Assembly: GCA_051294375.1 (NCBI GenBank)
Contig: CM119263.1
Span: 25,567,394-25,631,393 of the forward strand
Reading direction: 5' to 3'
Origin: Paraspadella gotoi
Lineage: Eukaryota; Animalia; Chaetognatha
Length of the DNA: 64,000 nucleotides
Position numbers and translations under genes: made by a program. Each line of letters opens with the position of its first letter. Positions within the stretch are counted from its first letter, which is position 1. Below, piece by piece: positions 1 to 9,567 of the stretch. The notes beneath the pieces are model-generated. The model did not search any database and was not told where the DNA came from. It saw nothing but the letters and a program-made list of their open reading frames with translations.

Positions 1-197
1 CATTATCGGCATTATTATCATCGTCGTCATTGCTTTTGTCGTGGTTAGTAACGAAAAGACCTAAAAACAAACATTTTGGATAAAATTAATTAATTAATTG
101 CCTAATTAATTAATTAACTTAAATTATTTAATTATTAATTAATTAATTACCGATAATGATTGTAGGCAGATCCGACATTGTTTGCTCAAACTTGTTT
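1..197 (+). mobile_element. 3' part of DINE-1/HINE-like non-autonomous element (family A, copy 1, cut by window edge)
   Basis: Ends GCAGATCCGACATTGTTTGCTCAAACTTGTTT, as does the copy at 3961-4786; shares the GCTTTTGTCG..GAAAAGAC..AAACAAACAT block with copies at 18941-19596 and 55321-56338. Confidence 0.75.
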
Positions 198-549
198 GAT
201 TAGTAACAACTCAGTCTGTTTATAATTATATGGTTGAAGGGTTTTATTTTATGGTGTCTGCTATATAGGCTTCTTTCAATTCTTAACTTTCTAAATAATA
301 TATATGGATGTCTTCCTTCTTCATCAACAACCTTTTATAACCCCATCTCTCACTAATTTTTCTGTCCCGAATTACCAAACTAATTCGAATGATTCGATAA
401 TTCTTGACAACTCGTAACTATTTTTTAATATTAGGATTAAAAATTAAAACGAAACAATACTTCGTCAACATACTGTGAATTGCTGTTACTGATTTAACAA
501 GAACCAGAATTCACAATCAGTTTACTACTACGGAAGAGTTATAAAATAG

Positions 550-590
550 GCAGAAACCACTCGCAGAAACCACTCGCAGAAACCACTCGC
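550..590. repeat. 14-bp tandem repeat (GCAGAAACCACTC-type) x3
   Basis: Direct reading: gcagaaaccactc gcagaaaccactc gcagaaaccactcgc. Confidence 0.8.
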
Positions 591-3500
591 TGAGCTCTGA
601 ACAATTCGACAACAGATCCTCTTCACCTGAGAATCCATAAATATAAAAAAAAACCTAAAGTGAAAAAGAAGATGAAAGCAAACCGTTTTGTGAGGTGATT
701 TGCTAACGATAATTCCCCCCCCCCTTCCTACTTCGCCTGACTCGCTTCGTCCTCCTTTTCGTTGCTCAATATTCTGCTTCGTCGCTCGCAATGACGTCAT
801 AGCCATGGAGGGGGGGGTTACGATTAAGGTGAGAGAGAGGGGGGCGGGTGAAGGTTGTCGGGGCGCGCCGGAAATTGCGAAGCCGTCGTCGGCGATAAAA
901 ACGTCTCGGAATGACGCTTCTGCTACGATTTGTTCAAACGAAGAGAAATGACACTTCCGATGCTCGGAATGAAGCCTCTCACGAGAAAGAAGAAAATCCA
1001 GGTATAGATTCGTGATTTATTTTTATTATTATACAGTTTATGGATAAAAGAGTTTTCTTAGAGAGAAAATAATTTATATATACATAAAACCATTAAACTA
1101 AATCTTTTTAAAACACGTCATGGGCTGGCAACGATTGTTTTTCCGGTGAGCTGTTTAAATGGTGAGGAACGGCACCTGTGTGACACGGGCTGTTGTTCAT
1201 CTCGTGAACGAATACGCTTAGCAAGGCAGAAATTAAGTGAGAAAAAAAATCTCGCGTTAATTAAAACATTTGCTCCGCGACAAAAGTTAATTATAAAAAA
1301 AAATTAAATAAAATGAAGTACTGGAAAAAGGCCGAAAAAAATTAAAAGCTTCTTGTTTAACATAAACAGAATGAAAGGGACGAGGACGGAAAGCACTCGG
1401 GATGAGGTCGTTTTAATCGTTATGCAAAAATTTTCAATGAAAATAGCTCAATATGTGTTGGGTAACCTGTAATATCAATTTGTTTTGTTATCTCCATTTT
1501 TTATTTCTTTTCTTAACTTTATCAAATTAATGTTTATGTTTTTAAACAATTTTTAATGAGCTTAAAACCATTGCTGTTTATTTTGCTTGGAACAAAACTC
1601 GGCATGTTTTTCCCCTCCAAATGTTCTGCTACAAAAATAATACCCGCGTCCAAGTAAGAAAGAAATAATGATAAATAAATGGAAAATCAAAACAATGGCG
1701 TCGGAAAAAAGAAGAGTACGGGAAAAGACTAAATATTTACGGTATTGTGACGGTATAGCCAAACCGCCTTACATCTTCCATCGTTCAGCCAATCCCATTG
1801 GCTCAGAGGGGGAACGCACCATCCCAGAGTCCTAACGATTCCCCTCCGCGTTGGCAAAGCGAGAACGTCCTAGGGTAACCGCGCCAGTGGCAGGCGGCGC
1901 CACTGAGGGTCGAAAGCCCCCTTTAGCCAACAGTGAGATGCCCCATCCCAATGGGCATCGGAAAAAAAAAATGTCATAAAATGGAGGGGGAAAAAAATTA
2001 AGAAATAACAAATATAGAAAGAAAAAATAAGTGAGAAAAGATGATTTTTGGTGACGAAGACTGAAAACAAAAGTCTTCGCCTCTGGGATGAGGAAGATGA
2101 GAGGCAACGGAACGGAGGGAGTTAAAGCGCGATAATTGGAATGAGAAAGAGGCGATAAAAAGAAGGAAGAAAAAAAAGAAATAAAAAGAAAAGAATTAAA
2201 GGATGGATATGAAAAGAAAAATGAAAAGAAAGAAACTGCATGGGTGAAGGAATAATCTTATGGATCCGCCTGTCAAAACACAAATACTATCAAATATTCT
2301 AAACCACAGAAAACTTGTTCAGTTTGCAGTAAAGCAAATAACGTAGGCACGGTTCCCTAGACACCCCGTCAGATTCGTTCTTCCGGCGAAGAGCTATAAT
2401 TGTGATTGTGAAAAATATACTTTTAATCTCCTGCTTAATATTTAATTTCGAACGGACCACCTTCAGTCAGTCAATTGAGCTTCGGTTACACCCTTTTTTT
2501 TTCCAAAATGACGCCATGAATATTTCAGTTCAAAAACGAGGAGACCGGATCCGAAAATCGCGATATAACTGGATTATTTTCAATCGCGAGATTCGTTTTT
2601 ACGACGATCGTTTCGTTTTCTTTTTTTTTTCTTTCTTCAAGTTTTTACCTTCGCCAAATTCAATCTTCTCTTTTCCCCAATTTTCCTCTATTCGGTTCAT
2701 GGAGTTTTTTTCTTTCCTTTTTTTTTCTTCCATCCACCGAGGATTTTCTGTCGTTTCTTTCTTTTTTTTTTACAACCGCTTCCTTCCTTTCCTCTCCGCC
2801 TTAATTTTTTACCTCGAGGGCATCTGAAGGTTTTTTTCCACTCCTCCTCTTCATCCTCCTTTCTTACATCCGGCTGGAAACCGGATATCGCCCACTTCTG
2901 TTTTTTCTTTCTTTTCCTTATGCTTTTTCTCCTCTGTTTTTTCTCCGTCTCTCTTTGTTTTCCTTTCGTCATCCAGGCCAAAACTCTTCAATCATCGTTT
3001 TTTAACTCATCGCTTTCGCGATCTCCGCACCATTTCTTCTTCGCCCCCTTCCCCCTCCCAATGCCGCGCCTCCCCATCTACGACCGAATCGCGCGCACGC
3101 GCCGACGCACGCGAGCGCTCCATCTCGTCCACCTCGCCAGCCTCGGCGCTAACTCGATTTCCGGCGCCCAACCGGTCCTGTCGGCGCCGAGAGAGCCGGA
3201 CGCGCCCCACTCGTCGCGTTGGGTTTTTTATCTTCCTTTTTTTTCCCGCCATCTTTTTTTTTCTCGATCTCCCTTTTCTTCTTCTTCCTCCTCTCGTTTC
3301 TCCTCCCCCGGTTTCTTTTTTTGTTTACGAGGAGCGGCGAGGGTTTGTTGAGGGCGGCGGCGGCGGCGGGCAGACCGGGGGCCGGGAGGCGGCGACCGTG
3401 GAAAGCGCGAGGATTCGCTGCATCAAATCGACGCATGCGTGTTCCCGGACGCGACGAGGATGAGGCGAGAAGGGGAAGAGCAGCGAAGCGCCGTTGGCCG

Positions 3501-3960
3501 ACCCGACGTCGTGTCGATTCGGTTCGGGAAAAAAGGAGGAACGACTCGTTCTCTCTCCTTGCGTTGCCGAGGAGTAAAAATCCATGCATGGAGAAATATA
3601 ATGCGCGCTCTCTCCCTCTCTCTCTCTCTCTGTCACACTCAGCCCCCTTCCGTCTTAACGCGGGACAGACTTGCCAGTTACGGCTGCTGGGCAACGACGA
3701 AGACGATAATTTCTGTTTTATCCTCAAACCTCATTCGCTGCGCTGACTCATTTTCGTCGTCCGTTGCTCTCGCTTTCGCTCACTCTCTCTCTCACTCTCT
3801 CTGCTCATTTGCCTCCTCTGTTCTCTCATTCATTTTTTTTCAATCATTTAATTCATTCATTTTCTCCTTTTCCTCTTTTATCCTCGTTTACCGCGTTCGC
3901 TCTCCTCAATTTGATCAATCTTTGTGCTAATTCATTTCAGACGCTTAGAGAACTAAGCCT

Positions 3961-4786
3961 TTTTTTTAGTCGGATCTGCTTTACAGCAGATTCCGGCTCT
4001 ATAATTCACTTTGTTGGTCCGTCGGTCCGGCCCCCCAATCTTGTCGGGCAATCACTTATATCATGTCAGAACATCGAATTAGAAAAATTATGCAAAAAAA
4101 AAAACTATGACCGTCCGTCCGTCCGTCCATCCGTCCGTTCGTCCATCCGTCCGTTCGTTCGTCCATCCGTTCGTCCGTCCATCCATCCGTCCCACCTTAG
4201 CAAAAAACTCCAATTGCTCCTGATTGGATGGATGGATCGGAGTGAAATTTTGTGAGTGGGTAGGAAAGTGTGGAATTGAGCTGGAAATCGAGTTTTGCTG
4301 GAATCGTCCGAGTGGAAATGAGTTAAAATGAAAAACAAAAAAATCTATTTCACTATTTGAACGCCAATTACTAATGAGTTGATGGGGCATTTGACTTGAA
4401 ATTTTGTATGTGGATAGGAAAGAGTGTGATTAAGCTAAAAATCAAGTTTTCATAGAATCGTTTAAGTGGAAATGAGTTAAAATGGAAAAACAAACAATCT
4501 ATTTTACTATTTGATTATGCTTTTTTATTTTTATGTTAAATGTAAATTCAAGCTGCATTAATTAATTATTAATAAATAATTAATTAATTATTAATTATTT
4601 GTAATTAATTAATTAATTTTGTGATCGAGATTGTTGTTTTGTGATTGAGAGGCGGGACAAAGTGGAAAACGATATTGACACGATTAAAAAAAATTAATAT
4701 TAATTAATTAATTAATTGATTATCTGATCAGCTTCTTACCGCTAATGATCGTGGGCAGATCCGGCATTGTTTGCTCAAACTTGTTT
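3961..4786 (+). mobile_element. Full-length DINE-1/Helentron-associated (HINE)-like element (family A, copy 2)
   Basis: T-run, 5' subterminal motif TCGGATCTGC (3970-3979) with adjacent inverted copy (3986-3996), (CCGT)n microsatellite, two ~154-bp internal tandem units, AT-rich TAAT tract, 3' inverted motif GCAGATCCGG (4755-4764), GTTTG-CT-CAAAC stem-loop, terminal TT. Confidence 0.8.
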
Positions 4787-5890
4787 ATTGTTTCCTGCCT
4801 TCGACTTCGCTCGAAATTTCATTGATAAATTTTTATTCCCGGTCGTTTGTAAGAGCGAAATTTGACAATCGTTGTAAATACTTTTTTAATGTCTATGACT
4901 GTGTATGTGAATATTACGAATTTAACTAAGAGTCAAGCCTTTAATGTTCGTCGTGACAAACATTAAAAAAGAGAGTAAAATGGAATTGTCTTAGTATGAA
5001 CTCGCATCTTAAAATAACCGCGTCTTTTGTCTCTCTCGTCCTTTCGCCATTTTCATCGTCTTCTTGAGTACAAATGGAGCCGTGGAAATCGGGGGCGTGG
5101 GCGTCTCAAGGCCGCCCCTTGGCGAGAGACGGCTCCGCACGGCGAAACCGCCCACAGCGCTGTAATGACTTTCATTTTCGACTTTCATTCTCCTATGTTA
5201 TCAACTGTATTAACGGAGTAATCTCGTTACATGACTGTATCGTCTACTTATTAAGACTTACTACATATTAATATCAATCATTAATTTAAAGAAAAGCTCT
5301 TGGCGACGAATCTATCCATTCTGTCTGAACAAATATAAAAAAAATATTTTTTTTCGATCGTCGTTGAGGGTGACATACTTCGTTAAACCGAATATTCAAT
5401 TACTTATATATACACGAAATTAAGCATGATTCACGATAACATTTAACTCGAATGATGATTTTATTAAATATGATAAAGAATAATTTTGTACCTACCGCAA
5501 TTATGCAATAACCATGTATTATGTACATAATAGAATAATCGAAAAGCAGACGAGGAAGTTTTGGCTTTTGCACAAAATCTATACAAAAAGGAAAATTAGT
5601 ACAATTCTTATAGCGTGTATTATTTTGTTCGCAAAAAAAATATTTAGCACGTTGTTGTTGGTGACATCGCTTTCTAAAATATTAGTAAAAACTTAAGACG
5701 TTGCAAGTGATCTGAGCATATTTGTGAAAATATTTTTTTCAGAGATATGTCTAATAATGAAAGTTTTAAAAAAATTTAACACATTTATTCAATGAGACTT
5801 TTGGGCTTTAAAATATTTTCAAAATTCAAAATCTGAAGTCACCAATAGACATTATATGATGTAATGTATTATAATTTAACATTATATATA

Positions 5891-6417
5891 CAGGAAGGAC
5901 CAGCTCTAATGGGACTAACTTCTAATGCTTACAGCACAAAAACTGTTTATGATAGAAGAAAAGCGAAACAATATTTGGAAACTAGGCTAATTTCTCTTTT
6001 AGTCGATATCAAAAACGTCTGGAAAATCCAACAGCAACTCTTATAATTGATTTTTTTTCGCGCTTTTTCTTTACAAAATTTTGAGAAAATTTGGTAAAAA
6101 TCAAAATGAAGCAGTTTTTATCGCGCAATTTTTCTGACTGCAATCTCCCTGATTAATAAAAATATAGAATAGAGAAGCAGAATGTCCCAGAACTGTTTAC
6201 TTTTTGACTGCAGCAATTGTTGTAGGAATTGCAGGATTCCAAATGGGCGCATTCGAAAAAGCATGAGCCGCCTTCTCTGCCTCTGGACAGTGGACACTTG
6301 AAGAAAGTCAGGGTTGCCAAAGGTTAATTTTTTTAATAGATTGTGTTGCCATTTTCTTTTATTTACCAATCCAAACGACTTTTTTAAATTTAGTCCCAAT
6401 AGAGCTGGACCTCCCTG
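5891..6417. mobile_element. Tc1/mariner-type MITE (527 bp)
   Basis: ~28-bp imperfect TIRs CAGGAAGGACCAGCTCTAATGGGACTAA / TTAGTCCCAATAGAGCTGGACCTCCCTG flanked by TA (5889-5890, 6418-6419); no transposase ORF. Confidence 0.85.
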
Positions 6418-7200
6418 TAGAACTTTATTCTCATCTTATTAAGATTCTTAAGATGCTTTTGACTGAATTCATATGCATCAATCAATAATTTCAGAACCAT
6501 CATAACTGAAGTTGCATGTGTTAATTGCTTTTAATTCTAAAGTTGACTATTTGCTTAAGAGTTTCAGACCTCTCTATTGCCTAACTTTTTACTACAATCG
6601 AAGTTTTCATCCCAAAATTATCAGAGTTGAAGCAAAAAGATATTTGACCTTAGTTCCGTTTTTATTTTAGTTCTTTTCTTTTTTTCGTGTTTTTTTTTCA
6701 AACTGATAGGTGAAAGCTTAAAACATGTAATGTAATAATAATTTTCACTGAAACTCTTATTATACATTTTTTAACTATATTAAAGTAATTTCGCTATATA
6801 GCAAAGCTTCCTCGTCGTTACTGCTCTGAAAAAAGATGTTTAAAAAAGTAAAAAGGTCTTGTATGTAAATTAATATATATTTTTAAATTTCGAATGATTA
6901 AAAGTTTCAGAGCAAGCTTATAAACACTTTTAAAATTGTGTCGTGGGGTTAACAAGTAATTCAATTATTCATCAAATTTAACCAAAGCCCAACTATCACA
7001 ATTCATAGGTCAGGATAAAAATTAGTCATTCCTAACTTGTTTTCCGCATTTTGCAGTAAGAGGCAAGTTGGCTCTTCACCCTTTGCCCTCAGCCCGCCAA
7101 ACCCAGCGAATCGCCGTCGTCTCCGCGTCTCGAGTCTCCGTCGTCTTCCAAAAATCCAGACTTATCCCTCTCCTCTTTTTGGCATCCGCCCAGCACCGCA

Positions 7201-7815
7201 ATGACGGATGGCACTGGCGCCGGAGGCGGCGGGGTGGACGACCTGGCCGACCTTCAGATCAGCATGAATCGCACGACCGACGAGTCGCTCGAGTCCACGC
7301 GGCGCATGTTGCAGCTGGCCGAGGAGAGCAAGGAAGCGGGCATCTCCACTCTCGTCAATCTGGACGAACAGGGGGAGCAGCTGGATAGGATCGAAGAAGG
7401 CATGGACAAGATCCACGAGGATATGGGCACCGCCGAGAAGGCGCTGGAAGGACTGGAGGCCTGCTGCGGCCTCTGCGTCCTTCCGTGGCAGAAGCGCCAG
7501 AAAAAGGGGGACGAAGAGGCGTGGAAGAACGAGGGGGGCCAGCCGACGGGGAGTCAACCCCAACGCATCATGGGTGACGGTGTGATGATGAGCGGGAACT
7601 TCGTTACCAAGGTAACCAACGATGCGCGAGAGGACGAGATGGAGCAGAACGTCGCGGAGGTCAGCAACATGATCGGGAACCTCAGGAATATGGCCATTGA
7701 CGTAGGGTCGGAGATCGACAACCAAAACAGACAAATCGACCGAATAACCAATAAGGGAGCTTCCAACGAAACGCGGGTCAAAACCGCCAATGAAAGGGCG
7801 AACAAGCTGTTGTAA
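7201..7815 (+). CDS. SNAP25: Synaptosomal-associated protein 25 (Qbc-SNARE), 204 aa, uninterrupted CDS
   Basis: TDESLESTRRMLQLAEESKEAGI, LDEQGEQLDRIEEGMDKI, palmitoylation cluster CCGLCVLPW, TNDAREDEMEQN..VSNMIGNLRNMAIDVGSEIDNQNRQIDRI, ANERANKLL; a plausible acceptor (ttttgcag) at 7058 suggests an upstream 5' UTR intron or trans-splice site. Confidence 0.97.
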   Translation: MTDGTGAGGGGVDDLADLQISMNRTTDESLESTRRMLQLAEESKEAGISTLVNLDEQGEQLDRIEEGMDKIHEDMGTAEKALEGLEACCGLCVLPWQKRQKKGDEEAWKNEGGQPTGSQPQRIMGDGVMMSGNFVTKVTNDAREDEMEQNVAEVSNMIGNLRNMAIDVGSEIDNQNRQIDRITNKGASNETRVKTANERANKLL

Positions 7816-9567
7816 CTCCGCGGTTACCTTGTAACGATGCCGGTTTTACGAACGATATAGTTTCGTCGATAGACGATTTTATTCAAAATCGTTACAAAAT
7901 CGAGAATTAAAATTACGGTGGGTTTTCGAGAAAATATGACGTTGATTAGTATAGCTTTCTTTGATTAATGATTATTCAATATATTTATATATCATAACTG
8001 GGAGATTACAAAACATAAAATAGTTGTTATTCTTAGAAAAAAATAACGCTAAGAATGTTTTTTAACGTTAAAATTGACATTTGCTGTGCTACTGTTTGGA
8101 GAGGTTCTTCAAAAAGTTCAAAGTTCAAAAGTTGAATGACGTATATTTCCCTTTTTAACATTTAAATATCTATTTATTCTATAGCTTGTCATTTTTAAAA
8201 CTTGTCTTCTGCAAATATAGTTACAGGTGCTCCTATTTAATGACTTTTCTGAATGAGTTTCTTATGCTTGATCCTATTTGTTTTCCCCAAATTTTCATCA
8301 CATCCTTTTTTGGTATTACTGACGATTTTTGACCGAAGATGCATACACGTTGTTAAAGGGAGATCTTTCTTTTTTACAAAAAAAAAATTGCTAAAATAAT
8401 GACAAACAAATACAAAAGAAACGAAGATTCTCAAATTAAGAATGCCATATCACCAAATTTAAGATTAAATTATACTTGCATATCATTTGGCTCATCTGAA
8501 TTTTTTGACTTTAATCTATGCTCAAAGACAGTATAAACTAGAGACGCGATCACAATCAGATTGCTCTGATTAATTTTTCAAAGATTACTTTCGATTTAGA
8601 AATTTGTCTATGCTATTAAACTTTTTTAATTTTACAGACTATATCATGTGTTGTTGATCTCTATATATTGTGACTATTGTCCTCAATTATTGATTGCCAT
8701 GCACACTATTTTCATTATTAGGAAGAATACTTTAATTTATTTGCTTTTTTGAATGGATAAAGACCCAACTTCTTAACCTCCCTGTTTGAAAACCGAGTTT
8801 GTATTTATCTGATTAGTTTTTAATCACTCTTGTTATTGCTTGTCAAAAAATTAGTAGTTAAATTAGATTGTTTATAAGTTACGTTAACCTGGTTTCAGAA
8901 ATTTTTGTACAGTAAAGTGTTTAGCCAGTTCACACTAAAACCTGACCAGGTGATTCACATTACACCATATCTTATGTTTGGCTATAATATATATTGCATT
9001 TGATTACTATGATTTTTTTTAATGCGAAGGACATAATAAAATGTCTAAGTAACGAATTACTTATTAATAGTCGCCTTAGCTATTCTTAGCGAAAGTTTGG
9101 ACTCAAAAATGAATGAATTTTTAATGAAGCTAGGGTACAACAAGAGGCAGTAAAATCCACTTTACTTTTAACAAGAATGAAGTGATCTGAGACTCAGTCA
9201 CTGCTATGTTAAATTGTGAACTGTGAGATGTCAGTTTTTTTGAAACAAAAGCTCAGAAATACTAAGCATCACTGCAGGGGCGCTGCTGTCGGCTCAGCGG
9301 CAAATTTAGTGAGTAAAACGAATTTATAACATTTTAACGTCAATTGGTTGATTATACATAATTATTGATTATACATAATATTTTTGGATATAGGAAATTA
9401 CTTTTTCTAAAAGTAGGTCGCCTTTCTAGAGCGCCTTTTAACAATCGACTCAAATTGGCCCAGGAATATAAGAAGTGAATGAAAATCTCCTGTTTTGTGT
9501 TTATTTCCATTACACTTTTGCATAATTTTAACATACCTGTCAATTTATTATCGTAGAAGTACACAAA

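Noticed and set aside
1725-1960. Identification as U3, U11, 7SK, RNase MRP or telomerase RNA
   Set aside because: Only isolated short resemblances (AAGACTA, GAAAGCCCC, AAAGGGGGCTT); required boxes, template or GATC motifs are missing or out of order, so it is left unassigned.
2402-4390. Many 80-190 aa ORFs
   Set aside because: F/S/L- or K/R/E-rich translations of pyrimidine tracts, a CG-rich island and the CCGT microsatellite; possibly promoter/UTR but not coding.
7068-7805. Overlapping ORFs around SNAP-25 (190 aa minus, 106 aa plus)
   Set aside because: Shadow frames of a GC-rich CDS with no recognisable motifs.
7823-7835. X-box-like palindrome GTTACCTTGTAAC just after the SNAP-25 stop
   Set aside because: Lies in the 3' UTR with no nearby start site and is an imperfect match.
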